DNA of 63,974 nucleotides, the filler included, from Malassezia furfur (taxonomy: Eukaryota): NCBI GenBank assembly GCA_052055015.1. It is 5 parts of 5 records of this genome, joined end to end, with 100 filler letters (N's around TTAATTAATTAA, not from the genome) between each part and the next. Parts side by side here need not be neighbours in the genome. Positions count along the whole stretch, not along the records: positions 1 to 13,643 come from JBQJIT010000309.1; 4 more parts are not named here. The stretch is one strand, 5' to 3'. The notes under the pieces are model-generated. The model worked only from the letters and a program-made list of their open reading frames with translations, had not been told where the DNA came from and made no database searches. This document shows, piece by piece, positions 1-12,744 of this stretch; positions within the stretch are counted from its first letter, which is position 1; every line of letters starts with the position of its first letter. The translations under genes and the position numbers were made by a program.

Positions 1-1597
1 ACGCCGCGCGACGCGCACGGTCTCGCGGCGTGGGCAGCGTCGAGGTCCGCGGCGCACTGGAGGCGTCATCGGCGAGGCGCGTGCCCAGCCACGTCGTGCA
101 GTCCTCGTCGCGCTTGCGCCGCTTGGCGTCGCGCTCGGCGCGCGCGGCATCATCCAGGTGCTCGCGGCGGTACTTGGCGTCGCGCTGCTGCTTGTACGCC
201 TCAAACGGGTCCTCCACGATGTTCGTCTCGAGCACGCGGATCTCGCGCAGCGGGCGGTCCGTGTCGTCGCTCGGCACGTTCTCGAGCGCATCGAGCGTCC
301 GGAACGAGGCACTCTTCCCGGGCTCGCCCACCAGCCGCCCAAATACAGTGTGCTTCGTGTCGAGGTGCGGAGTCGCTCGGTACGTTACAAAGAACTGCGA
401 GCCGTTCGTGTTCGGGCCGCGGTTCGCCATCGACACCACACCCCGCGCCGTGTGCCGAAAGGCGCCGGGGCGCACCAGCTCGTCCTCAAACGGCTTGCCC
501 CAAATCGACTGCCCGCCCCGGCCCGTGCCCGTCGGGTCGCCACCTTGCAGCATAAAGCCGGGGATGTTGCGGTGGAACAGGGTATCCTTGTAGGCGCCGC
601 GGCGACACAGCTCCAGGAAGTTGTAACACTGCGTGAGCTCCGGCCACGTACCGTGCGCGGCGCCTTGTCGACGTGCAGCTCAATGTCCAGCGCACCAAAG
701 TTGGTCACGAGGCGCACGAGCGCCTTGGGGTGCTTGCTCGCACCCGCGACATGGTCAAACATCTCCGCCTCTTCGTCCACCTCGATCCGCTCCGTCTTGG
801 TGCGGGGGGTGAGCGACGACGAGGTAAACGAGGCGGCCGTACGGCCCGTCGACAGGTTGCTGAGCCGCGGCGCACGCGCTCCGGAGGCGCTCGACGCCGC
901 GCTCGCCGCCGGCGCCGCCTCCTTCGCATCGTCCGCTGCCGCATGCTGCCGCACCTGCGACAGGAGCGCGCGTGTGCTCCCGGTCGACATGTGCACCTCG
1001 TCGGCATGCTCGGTGGTGGCGAGCGTCAGCTTGTTTTGCACGTCTGTGGTCAGCACCCACATAGTACGCACGGTACATCTTTTGCATCGTCCGCCGTTCA
1101 GGATCGTGGGGGTCCTGAATCGTCAGCAGGTCGGCTTTGGTGAATGGCGTATCATCCACAAGGTCACGGAGCATCTTGGGCTTGAGGTTGAGCTGCTGCA
1201 CGGTGTCGTACAAATACACACGGCCCGTCGGCTTGATCGCCACGAGATGGCTGTGGTCGGTGAGGTCTTTGCACGACACGGGGTCGTACAGCCGCCCACG
1301 CTCGTTCCGCGCCATCTCCAGCGCAATCACCTCGTCGCGCGACGCAGGGCGCCCACTTGCGGGGCTCACATGGTACTTGTCCAGGAAGCGCTCCAAATTC
1401 GCACGCTCGTACACCAGCCCCTCGTCGGGGAGGCATGCAGGGACACGCCATGCCTCGTGCGTCAGCGCGCACATATCGAACGGCACCACGACCGCTGCCT
1501 CGGCCTTGCGCGCGCCAGTACTTGCACCGTGCCGCCCATACACGCCGCTGTGCTCCGACGGCGTGACAAACAGCTTGTCGTTCGTCCCATGGCCCAT
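1..1597 (-). CDS. U-box/RING-type cyclophilin PPIL2/Cyp8-like (3' end outside window)
   Basis: N-term [24 protein letters not shown] and U-box-like region; cyclophilin domain ([49 protein letters not shown]). Introns 1044-1071 (28 nt) and 629-651 (23 nt) restore the frame. Confidence 0.9.
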
Positions 1598-1609
1598 CGC
1601 GCCGACTCG

Positions 1610-2439
1610 ATGTGGAGGTTCGTGATGCACCTCGGCGGCGCGGCGCTCCTGCTCCTCGCCGCGGCGGGCGCCCAGGCGAACACGGAAATCCGCACGGTTG
1701 GGCCGCTGCTGTGCGAACTGCGCAACAATGCGCCGGGCGTCGATGCCAAGTTCTTGACCAAGAGCTGGTAAGTGCGCCGACTAACGCAGGCCGACCATGT
1801 CGCCGTCGCCGACGCCGCGGCGCTTCCACCTGCCGCGCACCTCGCACGGCGCTTGGGTCGCGCTGTACCCTGACTACGACGACCTCGAGACCGGCGTGCA
1901 TGTCTACCAGCGGAAAACGGGGTGGTGGGACGCGGCGCTTCTCCGCCTTCCAGCGTCCGTGCGCTGGTTCCTCACCCAGCGCTACCAGCTGCGTGTCTCG
2001 TGGCCCGCCAACGTACGTCGCCCCACTCACACAGGTACCAGCGACGTTCGCGATCGATGTACACACGTCCGATATGCTGGGCGGCGAGCTGGCGCCGGCG
2101 CCCAAGCCGTGCGAGCTTCTCCTTGTGCAGATTACCGCGCATGCGACGGGCGTGCCGCTGCACACCACGCCACACCGCACCCGCAGCACCTTCCTAGGTC
2201 TTGCGGAGCGCATATGGGGCTGGGCGGCGCCGAGCGGGGCGCACGACGCCGAGCCCCTCGTCTTTGACCTTACGTTCGAGCACGTGTATCTCGGTGCCAT
2301 CCCGTCGTCCTCCCTATGGATGATCGTCTATGCCGTACTCGCGCTCTGCGCCGCCCACCTCGTCTTTGGTGCGTTTGTGCGGCGCCTCGCGCTCTTCGGC
2401 CCCTCCCCGGACCCTAGGCAGGCACCCACACGTCCGTAG
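1610..2439 (+). CDS. Signal-peptide plus C-terminal TM protein, Pga1-like (GPI mannosyltransferase II co-activator family)
   Basis: Hydrophobic leader ending AQANTEIR, motif YQLRVSWPANVPATF, FDLTFEHVYLGAIP followed by a TM helix. Two 22-nt introns (1768-1789, 2013-2034) join three ORF frames. Start is 1610 or 1625. Confidence 0.6.
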
Positions 2440-2470
2440 TCGCCAAGTGGAGGTCCCACCCCGCTCCACG

Positions 2471-5400
2471 ATGGGCGCACGCGCCGCGTATGCGATCGAG
2501 CCGCTGGCGTCGGCGGCGCTCCCTCGGCATGCCGCACCAGGCTCGCCCGCCGAGCTGGGTCGCACGCTGCGGTGCGCTGCCGTGCACGACGTACATGGGT
2601 ACCTTGCGTCAAGCGACGGGTGCATCCACCACTATACCCTCCCATCGGACGCCGGCCGCGACGCGCTGGACGCTGCGCGCGACGCACCCGCTGCGCCGTG
2701 GCACTACGAAACCAGTGCCCAGGTCTCGCCCACCGGGAAGCCCGTCGAGCGTCTTGTCGTGTTTGCCGCGCTTGAGCTCGTTGCCGTGCTGTGTGGTACG
2801 TCGGCCGCTTACCCAGAAAACACGTTGCGCTTCTATACCTATCCGCACCTTGCGCCCGCGCCCACGGCGCTCGCGCCAATCCGCGGCGTTCAGGCGATCG
2901 TCGATGGGCCAGACATGGGCCACGATGACGACGCCGCGCTGGGGTTCGTGAGCCTGTGCCTGCTCAAGCGCAAGAAGCTGGTCCTCCTTCTGCTCGAGGC
3001 CCGCGGGTGGGCGACCGTCAAGGAGGTGCCCATTGCGCGCGACGCCTTCATTGCGCGGCGGTTTGACGACCGCGTGTGTCTCGCCACTCCGTCCGAGTAC
3101 AGCCTCGTGCACCTCGACACCGGCACCCAGACGCCGCTCGGCTTGCCCATCTCGCAGAGCACCGACGTGTCTTCGGCGCGCGTCCGGCCGTCGATCGTGC
3201 CGGTGGACATCGACGGGCTGCATGCGTTCCTCATCACGAGCCACTCGAATGCAGGCACGCTCGGCGCGTTCCTGCGCACCGACGGCGAGCCGACCGACAA
3301 GCTGCTCGAGTGGCCTGCGCACCCACGCGCGGTGGTGGTCGAACGAGGGCACATCCTCGCGCTCCTCCGCAACGACACGATCGAAGTGCACGACCTGCAC
3401 ACGCTCGCGCGCGTGCAGCAGCTGCACGTCGACGCCGACTCCGCGCCGCGGCACCTCTTCCACATTCCGGCGTCCAAGGCCCTGCTGCCGCCGCCGCCGG
3501 GCGACGACTTGGCGCGCGCCTCCGTCCACGTCGGGGCGCCCGACGCTGCTGCGCACGACCCAGGCGATACGGACGCGGCACCCTGGCCGCTTCCCGCCGC
3601 GGCCTACACCGCACACCACCGCCCGGTGCACACGCTGCTTGGCGCGAAGCATACGCTGGCATGCCTCGTGCAGCCAGCGAGCAGTACCGTCGCCTGGCAG
3701 TGCATGCGTGCGCACGACTGGGCGGCGGCCGACGCGGCTCTTGCTGCGGATATCGCGTGGGACGACGCGGCGTGCATCGCTGCGTCCTTCCTTGCCCTCG
3801 CGCATCTGCGCGCGACGCGGTTTGCGCGCGCGACGCCGCTGCTGGTGCGCGCACACACCGACGTGCGCCTCGTCCTCGACAAATACCCACGCGTGCGCAC
3901 TCTGCTGCGCCCCACGCACGTCGAGACGTACGCGGCGCTCGGCGACGCATGGCGCGCCCTGCCGACGGTCGACGAGGCCATCGATGCCAGTCTGCGGCAG
4001 ACGTACGGCGCAGCGCTCCTTGACGACAAGGGGGTGAAGGCGCTGCGGGCGCAACTGGCCGCACGCGCCGCAACCATGCTCGCGACACTCCTCGAGGCTG
4101 CCCTGGAACGCGACGCACAGCCACTGTACCACGCCGCGCTCCTCGCTCTGTGCCTCGACCGCGCACCCGACGCACCGGCCGCGACGCTCCGCGCCCATGC
4201 TGCCGGCGCGTCCATGGACGTCGCCGAGCGCATCCTGCGGCACGCGCACCGCTACGTGCTCCTCGCCCAGACGCTCGACGCACACGGCCGACGCGCCGCG
4301 GCCCTGCGCCTGCTGCGCGACGTGTACGACGGGCAGCTGTCGGATCGCGTGGATCGCTCGTCGCTCGATGCGATCGCCGAGGCCACCACGCGCCTGACGC
4401 ACGCCGACGACCTCATTTCCGCAGGGCTGTGGCTCGCACGCCACGATACGCCGCGCGGACTGCAGGTGCTGCGCCGCGTCGACTACCACGGCGCGGCATC
4501 CGAGCACGTCCTGCGCGCGCTCCGCCAGCTCGATGCGCATGCCGCCGAGGAGCTGCTCGAGCATATCGTGTTTACCAGCGCGGCACAAGTCGCGTCGCAG
4601 CACGCCGAGCTGTGTGCGCGGCTGGTGCAGCGCGCGGCGGACGGCGCGGCGCGCATGCCGCCGTACATGCCGGCACACGGTACCTGGCCTGCGCATGTTG
4701 CCCAGCACGCGTCTGTCGACGGCGCACGCTCGCGCATCAAGCTCATGGTGCTGTTGGCGCACTCCCAGGCGCTCGACCTCGAGGCGACGCGGGCGCTGCT
4801 CACGCCGCACCCCGCGCTGGCGTTTGAGCGCGCCATCGTCCTTGCGCGTCTGGGCCGCGAGACCGAGACGCTGCGCATCGTCGCACTCGACGTGCGCGAC
4901 GCGCAGTCTGCCGAGTCGTTCTGTGTCGAGGGCCACGTCTTGTCGCTTGACGCGACGCGCCGGCTCGCCAAGGACGCGGCGATCGCATCCTACGCACGGC
5001 TGGTCGACCGCCGTGCAGCCAAGCCGGAGCATGCACAGGCGCCACGGCGCCTGCGCACGCTCCTGGCACTCTACCTCGACGATGGCGCACAGCGCGACGA
5101 CGTGCGCCCGGCGCTCTTGCGCCTGCTCAACTGGCACGCCGACCACTTTGTACTGGCCGACGTGCTGCCGCGGCTGCCGACACACTGGCCGGTGCGCGAC
5201 GTGCAGCCGTTCCTTCTTCGTACACTACGGGCGCAGACACACCGCCGGCACCTCGCCGAGGTCGTCAAGAGCGTCGCCCTCGCGCGCAGCGTCGCGCTCG
5301 GCGAGGAGCACTGGGAGGCCGTACGGTACGTTGATCTACTTACGCAGCGGACTCGGTGGCGTCATTCAAGACGACGACGACGACGACCACAGCGCGCTCG

Positions 5401-5471
5401 TCGAGGCCGGCACACCGATCGACGCGCCGCTGTGGGACCTCGCCGTGGCCCCGGAAAAGGACTCCACATAG
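2471..5471 (+). CDS. CNH-domain Vps39/Vps3/TGFBRAP1-like tethering-complex subunit
   Basis: CNH-like N-terminus (CLATPSEYSLVHL, GAFLRTDGEP, LEWPAHPR) and Vps39-type C-terminus (ERAIVLARLG, LDVRDAQSAESFC, VLPRLPTHWPV). Introns 2796-2816 (21 nt) and 5326-5347 (22 nt). Confidence 0.8.
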
Positions 5472-5498
5472 CATCGCACGTGAGTTGTCGCCCAGCGC

Positions 5499-7394
5499 AT
5501 GCTGGCTTGGGCGCACGCTTGGCGAGGAGCAGCGAGACGAGGTTTTGTGCATCGCGCGCGTGTGTATCGCTTTCTACATACCCCCATGGCACCCAGTGTA
5601 TCGCTATCGCCCACCGAGCGCGTGCTGTGCGCGCTGCTGGACGCGACGTGCCGGTGGATCACCGAGACGAACCCCTCCGTGGAGGTGGACGGCGAGGCGC
5701 GTGCGTTCGACGCGCTGCAGAAGCCAGGGCTCGGCGCGCCGGGCCTCGGGTGCGAGGCGCGCATCGCCGGCGGCTGGGTGCGTGACAAGTTGCTGCAGCA
5801 AGAGTCGCACGACCTCGACGTGTCGCTGTCGACGCTCACGGGCTATACCTTTGCGCTCTTCCTGCGCGCATATCTCGACACGGACGCATTCCGCACGTCG
5901 TCGCTGGCCACCGAGCTTGCCCAACTTGCCGGCGACTCGCAGGTGGCCATGAGCCAGATCGGCAAGATCGCCGCGAACCCCGAGCAGAGCAAAAACCTCG
6001 AGACGGCCACCGCACGCGTGTTTGGCCTCGAGCTCGACTTTGTCAACCTGCGCAAGGAGGAGTACGTCGGCACGAGCCGCATCCCGATCATGTCGTTCGG
6101 CACGCCGCTTGAGGATGCGCTTCGCCGCGACATCACCGTCAACTCGCTCTTCTACAACGTCCACACCGGCCGCGTCGAGGACTGGACGGAGATGGGTCTC
6201 GCCGACATGTCTGCCGGCGTCGTGCGCACGCCCATGGATCCGGTGTCAACGTTCTCAGATGACCCGCTGCGTATCCTACGGTGCGTGCGCTTCGCGAGCC
6301 GCTTCGGCTACACCATCCACGACGCCATTTGGCAGTGTCTACGCGGCGAAGCGTCGCCGGGCGTGGCGCCAGACGAGGCAGAGCGCACGGCGCACCGCTT
6401 GCGGGACCATCTGCGCACCAAGGTGAGCCGCGAGCGCTTCGGCATCGAGGTCGACAAGATGCTCCACGGCCCAGACCCCCTGCGGGCGTTGCAGCTGCTC
6501 TCGGACCTAAAGCTGTACCCCGTGGTGTTTTTGCCCCCGAGCGAGCCGAACCTGCGATACGAGCGCCCCGACGGCACACCCGTGGATCCCGCGACGCTCG
6601 ACGAGCACGCAGCGCTGCGTACCGGCGCTCTGCTCCACGATGTCCTGGCGCAAGGCGGCCGCTTTGCCGTGGCGCAGCGCCTCCCGCACGCATGGGTCGA
6701 CGCCGTGCGGAACAACAAAGACACGGTGCGCCTTTTGTGGTTCGCCGTGGCCCTGCTCTACGTGGGCGACACCCGCGTCCCCGAGAAAAAGGCCATGGTC
6801 TGGTCCGGCGCGCGCGTCGTAACCCAGGGACTAAAGCTCGGCACCAAAAACACCAAGGACCCGCTGCTGTGCTTCCACGAGGCGGCCGCCCTGCTCCGTC
6901 GCCCCGACCCAAAGCGCTTCCCGCGCGCGGACGAGCCGCTGCTGACGCAGACGTCGTCAATCGGCCTGCTGCTGCGCAACCCGAACGTGACCAACGAGCG
7001 GCTCGGTGTGGACTTGCCGGGCGTGCTGTTGTATGCCTTCCTGTGCGACCTGCTGCCCCTGTGGCACGGCGATGCGCTCGACGAGGACGCCGCAAGTGCC
7101 GTCCTGGCCGAGTACGCCGCGTTCTGGGAGCTCGTCGAGGCGCAACAGCTGCGCACCGCCGCACTCGCTCGCCCTGTGCTCGACGGGAACCAAATTGCCG
7201 AGACGCTCGCGTGCCACCGCGCGCTGCTGCACCGCATCCAGCCGTATGTCGTTGCCTGGCAGCTCGATCACCGCGACGACCCCCGCCCCGAGGCGTGTGC
7301 GGCATGGCTGCGCTCGGCGTGGGACGCCGGCGAGCTTGTCCCCGTGGAAGAGCGCACGCCGGGCGCCGACAAGAAAAAGCGCCAAAAGCAGTAG
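5499..7394 (+). CDS. CCA1: CCA-adding tRNA nucleotidyltransferase
   Basis: RIAGGWVRDKLL, DLDVSL, QSKNLETAT, DFVNLRKEEY, DALRRDITVNSLFYN, DDPLRILRCVRFASR; second in-frame ATG at MAPSVSL. Confidence 0.95.
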   Translation: MLAWAHAWRGAARRGFVHRARVYRFLHTPMAPSVSLSPTERVLCALLDATCRWITETNPSVEVDGEARAFDALQKPGLGAPGLGCEARIAGGWVRDKLLQQESHDLDVSLSTLTGYTFALFLRAYLDTDAFRTSSLATELAQLAGDSQVAMSQIGKIAANPEQSKNLETATARVFGLELDFVNLRKEEYVGTSRIPIMSFGTPLEDALRRDITVNSLFYNVHTGRVEDWTEMGLADMSAGVVRTPMDPVSTFSDDPLRILRCVRFASRFGYTIHDAIWQCLRGEASPGVAPDEAERTAHRLRDHLRTKVSRERFGIEVDKMLHGPDPLRALQLLSDLKLYPVVFLPPSEPNLRYERPDGTPVDPATLDEHAALRTGALLHDVLAQGGRFAVAQRLPHAWVDAVRNNKDTVRLLWFAVALLYVGDTRVPEKKAMVWSGARVVTQGLKLGTKNTKDPLLCFHEAAALLRRPDPKRFPRADEPLLTQTSSIGLLLRNPNVTNERLGVDLPGVLLYAFLCDLLPLWHGDALDEDAASAVLAEYAAFWELVEAQQLRTAALARPVLDGNQIAETLACHRALLHRIQPYVVAWQLDHRDDPRPEACAAWLRSAWDAGELVPVEERTPGADKKKRQKQ

Positions 7395-7397
7395 CGA

Positions 7398-8647
7398 CTA
7401 CATCCTATTCCGCCGGCCGGGCACCGCAAACGCCTGTCCGTCGCTCCATAGGTCCTGGCGATACACCTGGCTGCCGCACGACGGCGGCTGGAAATCAAAG
7501 TAAAACAGCCCGGGATCCAAGCGCGGCGCACTCGGCTCGTCCTCGGGGTCGTGGTAGGGCGCGACGAAGGGGTGCGCGAGGCACTCGTCCACCGTCATGC
7601 GGTCCGCGGGGTTGATCGTCACCGTGCGGGCGAGGAAGTCGAGCGCCTCGGCACCGACGTCGGGCAGCAGCGTCGACCACGCACGCGGCTTGCGCGGCGG
7701 CATGTTCATCACGTACTCGAGCGCGCGCGGCGCACACGTGGGGCGCAGCGCCTCGAACGACGGCGTACCGAGCACGTCGAGGATCAGGCTGAGCTGATGG
7801 TGGTAGTCTTTGCCAGGGAACAGCGGCTCGCCGCACAGCATTTCGTACACGGTGCACCCAATCGACCAGATGTCGACCGCCTTGGTGTACTGCCGGCTCG
7901 ACAGCATGATCTCCGGCGCACGGTACCACCGCGTGGCGACGTACTCGGTAAGCATGTGGTCGCCCGAGTTCGGTGGGCCCGCGCCAATGCTGCGTGCAAG
8001 ACCAAAGTCGCACACCTTCAGGTCGCAGTTCGCGTTGACGAGCAAATTGCTCGGCTTGATGTCGCGGTGCAGCACGCCAGCGTCGTGGATGGGCTTGAGC
8101 CCACGCAGCGTCTGGTACGTGAAGTACTGCGCATGGTCGTAGCTCAGTGGCTGCGAGCGCAGCACGCGGTACAGGTCCGAGTCCATGTTCTCCTGCACCA
8201 GATACACCTCCTGGAACGACGCGCACTCGCCCGGGATCACGACGTCCAGCAGCCCGATGATGTTCTCACACGTGGTCTTCTCGCGGAAGAAGCGCAGCAG
8301 GCGCAGCTCACGCAGCGTGCGCACAGCAAGCAGCGAGTGCTCAAACGGCGACACACGCTTCACCGCGACGCGCCGGCCGGTCTTGCGGTGGAGCGCCGCA
8401 AACACCACGCCGTAGCCGCCCTCGCCGAGGATGCCGTCGACGTAGTAGTCGGCACCGATATCGTCACGCGCCTTGCGGATTGCCATCGCACGCCGCTCTT
8501 CCTTGCGGGTCTCGGTGACCTGCGCAAGGCGACGCACGTACGCAATTGTCGGGCCGGTCTGCTTGGCGCTGCGTCAGGATGGGGGACCTACCGGTGCACA
8601 TCCTTGTTCACATCGTCCCACGACGCCTGTGCCTGAGGACACAGCAT
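7398..8647 (-). CDS. Fus3/Kss1-type (TEY) MAP kinase
   Basis: GEGGYGVV, VAVKR, HRDIKPSNLL, DFGLAR, MLTEYVATRWYRAPE. Inferred exon 1 (MLCPQAQ...) joins via 23-nt intron 8569-8591. Confidence 0.92.
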
Positions 8648-8859
8648 GGTCGGCACCGTGCCGGGGCATCCGCCCGCACCATGCTTATAAGGGCGCCCGA
8701 CGCGGTCCTTGCACAAAGATGCCTTTCTACACTCGGCGCGCCCAGTGACTGGCCTCCGACACCTCCACCCGCGAACAATGGGCGGCGGCGGCGCACGGGC
8801 CCAGGGGGCGTGCGGGCCGAGGGCGCGCGCGCGTGTCGCACGGTGATTGCCTATGCAGC

Positions 8860-10158
8860 CTATTGGCGTTTGGCGGCACGCGTCGCGGCGGACTGTCGGC
8901 GCTTTTCGCGCAGCTCCAGAAAGAGGCCCGCGAATACGGTCGCGACGCCGACCCACTGCAGGCGCCGCAAATGGTGCTGGTACACCAAAATCGACAAAAG
9001 CATCGTAAACAGCTTGCGCGTGACCTGGGTAAGCGCATGTCACGCACCGTGATCGAGACGAGCGTCAGGCTTCCGAAGCGCTCCAACGTCTCGAAAATCG
9101 CGATTTGGCCCGCGGCGCCCGCCGCTGCGTAGAGCAGCACATCGCGCAGCGCATCCGGATGGCGCGCAAGGAACTGCACGCCGCCCACGAGCTGCGGCGT
9201 GAGCGACACGCTTGCCGGCGCACGCAGGCCACCAGCCAGCACCGCGGCGATCCAGTGGGGATGCACGAGCTCGGCCAAGGTCAGGCGCACGCGCGACACC
9301 ACCCACGGCCCCAGGCCGTCGGGCAGCAGCAGCGCCAGGGTCATGTACGTCGCCGAGATGGCGTTCATGACGAGCATCATCTGCGTCCCCGTGACAATCT
9401 CTGTGCCGTACGTAGCAAAGACGTCGTCCTGCGTGCTGTTGATCGTGCCGTCAAGCAGCAGGTGGATGGCCAGCAGCGCCAAACCCACACGCCCACTGCC
9501 GCTCGGCCCGCGCTTCTTGGGCGACGGCTTGCCGAGCGCCATGAACATGTACACGCCGAGCGTTACCAGCAGCACCACCAGGTACTTGTACGCGGCAAAC
9601 TTGCGCCGGTACAGCAGCACGTTCATCAGCAGCACCGGAACCAGCTTGCTCGACTTGGCCAGCGTAATCGCGGGGAAGGAGAGGAAGCGCAGAGACACGA
9701 TGCTCAGCCACGAGCCGGTCGACTGCATTGCCGAAATTAGCACATAGCGCTGTGCGAGCGGCGACAGGTACCGCGACAGGCCACGCAGCGGCGCGTCCGC
9801 CGGGCGCTGGCCCCGCGCAACCAGCACACGCTGGCATCCACGCGGGGTCAGCACGTCGAGGCCGAGGCGCGCGAGCAGCGACTGTCTGCCGCGTGCATGG
9901 CGCGTACGCAGCAGCAGGTACACCGAAGCGGCGATGCACGAGAACAGCGCCTGGATCGCATTGAGCAGCACGCCGTACGTAAAATGCTCGACCTCCCCAA
10001 AGGGGTCGAGGGGGTCGTCGCCCGTCGAGTATGCGGTGCTGGTGACTGGGTAAGCGACGCGACGCACTCTTTTCCTGCAGCAGCCCCCACACAAGGAACA
10101 TGGCATAGATCGTCAGCGCGCACAGCGCGAGCTGCACGAGCCCTGTTCGCTTGGCCAT
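8860..10158 (-). CDS. HUT1: UDP-galactose/UAA-family transporter
   Basis: [70 protein letters not shown]. Introns 10046-10067 (22 nt) and 9025-9047 (23 nt). Confidence 0.9.
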
Positions 10159-10243
10159 CGTACCAGACGGAGCACGCACCGGCGTGCGCTTTGTCAGCAC
10201 ACCCCGGCCATGTGGAGGCGCGAAGCGCTGGCTCCTACGGCAG

Positions 10244-11693
10244 CTACACGAGGCTCTTGCGCCAGGTCTGCTCAAAGGCACGGATGTTGCCGTTGCTCTC
10301 GACCAGCTTCTCGACAAACAGCTCGTCGTTTGGCGCGGACCACAGCATGTTCTCGCGCGCAAGCAGGTCCAGCAGCGTCGCAGCCTCGGGGCGCGACAAG
10401 CGCTCACTCACGTCCATGAGCGCAAACTGCGCAGCACGCGCGTTCGCCAGGTGCTGCTCGTGCATCTGGGTATACGCGTGCGGCTCCTCAACACGCGTCG
10501 GCGAGGTCGGCGAGGTGAACAGCTCCTTGACGCGGCGCCATGGCACCGACGCCGCCTCGCCGCTGGCCGCCTCGCGCAGCGCCACCAGCAGCTCGGGCGG
10601 CGCCGTAAAGTTGGCGTGCGACATGCTCATGGTCGCCAGCACTGCGCCACGCTGCACACCAGCACCCTGCTCAGGTGCTACAAAGGTGTTCAGCAGGCTG
10701 CGCGGCACGGCCATCTCAAAGGCGTGCAGCGGCACAAAGTCCGCGTCGCGGTATCGCGTCGTGCCAAACAACACCTGCACATCGTCCACCGCAACCAACA
10801 CAGGGACCTCGGTCTGCTGCGCGAGCGTCGACCAGACCAGGTCGAGCGCCAGCTGACGCGTCACGGGGCTGCTGTGCTCCTTCAGTACGCGGTCCACCAG
10901 CGAGGCGAGCGTCGCGCCGGACGCCACGACCTCGGTACCCTCCACGTTAAGCGCCCGCTGCGTCTTGATACGCTCAAACACGCGGCGGTTTGCCTGCGCC
11001 ATGGCCGTGAGCAGCTCGTCGACGATCGTCGGCTGCAGGTAGGTCTGCAGGCCGGCGTTGTATGTGTACGGGCTCGAGGAGTCCACCCAGGTGATCGCAC
11101 GCGGCACATACACCACCGCCCAGCCGGACGAAAGCGCGTGGGCGACCGCCTGCACGAGGTAGGTCGACTTGCCGCACCCCGGCTCGCCGACCAACAGCTC
11201 GCGCGCACCGCCGTCTTTGGCAGCGCGCTCGAGGCGCTCAATCAAAGCAACGCTCGCCTTGCGTACCACCGAGCGTGGCCGGGGCTGGAGCGCGTGGCGC
11301 CGCGCCATCTCCTGCGGCAGGCCGAAGCGCGCGAGCGCCTTGAGCTGCGCATTCGACCACGCGAGCGGCGTCGCGAGGGCCTCGGCAGAGATCGCCGAAG
11401 CATCTAGCTCGAGCAAATCCGACATGTCCGGCGCCGGCCGGAAGTGGGGCGAGGTCTTGGCGAGCGACGAGGCGGTCTGGGTGAGCACGGGAGATACGTA
11501 CGTCGACGCCGCCCTTGCGACGGCCGCCGGTGCTTCGTTCGCCGCTGGCGCCCTTGCGCACCGCGACCTTTTTCTTGGGCGCGACCTTTCCGGCCGCACA
11601 CACGTGTGCACTGGTCGACAGCGGCGCGGCGTGCGGCACACGCGCGCCGCGCACCGCCGTGCCGAGGGTGCCGAGCAGTCCCACTCCACGCAT
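10244..11693 (-). CDS. RSM23: Mitochondrial small-subunit ribosomal protein mS29 (DAP3)
   Basis: Arg/Ala-rich presequence; P-loop LVGEPGCGKST, GWAVVYVP, PVLVAVDDVQ, ESNGNIR. Intron 11477-11501 (25 nt). Confidence 0.88.
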
Positions 11694-11772
11694 GGAAGAA
11701 AACGCGGACGACGGTGTCCCCCCCGCTGACTAATCCCAGGGGCGCGGCGGCTGTGGCTCGAGAGCGGCGACG

Positions 11773-12712
11773 ATGAGCTTTTTCAACACGCTGGGGTAGG
11801 TGGGCGTGCTGACGCAGGCGTACGATGGGCCGCAATGGCCGGCAGAAGCGGCGCGGCATGCCGGGTGCGGAAAATGATCCGCAGGGCGCGCTGGCCGAGT
11901 CGATGAACGACACGCACCTCGCGGCGCAGAAACCGCTGTACCTGTGCCAGCCGTTTGTGCGCAGCGCGCTGATCAAGGGGTCGTTCCGCACGATCGTCGC
12001 GCTGCCCAAGTATGTGCACCCGTACGAGTGGATCGCGATGAACTGTACGTGGCGCACTGACCCAGTGTTCGACTTCTTCCACGACCTCAACCAGTTCTGC
12101 GGGGTGACCACCGAATTCTGCACCGTGCACAACTGCCCGACGATGAGCGCGGGTGTGGGGTACGTTGCGTCCTGACACAGCCTCGACTATACGTGGGTGG
12201 ACGTGAACCGCAAGCGCATTCACCTGCCCGCACCGCAGTACATCGACTTTGTCATGACGTGGATCGGCCATCTGCTCAACGACGAGGCCGTCTTCCCGAC
12301 CAAGTCCGGGCGCGAGTTCCCCACGAGCTTCCCGACGACCGCGCGGCAGATGTACAAGCAGATGCTGCGCATCTTTGCGCATCTCTACCACGCCCACTTC
12401 CCGCTCCTGCTCCACCTCAGCTGTGAGGGGCATGTGAACAGCCTGTTTGCGCACTTCATCGCGTTCGGCAAGGAGTTCGACCTGTTCGACTTCCGCGAGT
12501 TCAAGGGCAACGGCGACCCGGCGCTCGGCGCGCCCGCCTGTATGGGCGGCATCGGCGGGCCAAACCACCCCGCGATCGAGTCGCCCGACGGCCGCGGCGG
12601 CCACGGCGCCCTGGTGGGGCCCACGGGCGAGCGGCAGCCGTACCCTGGCGTGTGCGACCTGATCGAGCGCTGGGTGGAGCGTGGCGTGCTCCCAAAAGAG
12701 GTGCTCCAGTAG
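11773..12712 (+). CDS. MOB2: MOB kinase activator, Mob2-like
   Basis: LYLCQPFVRSALIKGSFRTIVALPKYV, CPTMSAG, LPAPQYIDFV, FPTKSG, QMLRIFAHLYHAH. Introns 11796-11817, 12045-12065 and 12160-12180. Confidence 0.9.
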
Positions 12713-12744
12713 CCGTAGCGCCTATTTGTACATGAATCTGACGA

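Noticed and set aside
2609..5185. Many long overlapping ORFs (also 22773-25163, 29197-31149, 18593-20278)
   Set aside because: These Arg/Ala-rich shadow frames of recognisable genes are expected from stop-codon scarcity at high GC.
8520..8541. GTACGT..GCAG 22-nt intron-like segment in the MAPK 5' region
   Set aside because: It has no clear branch motif, and removing it would break the frame from the inferred exon 1.
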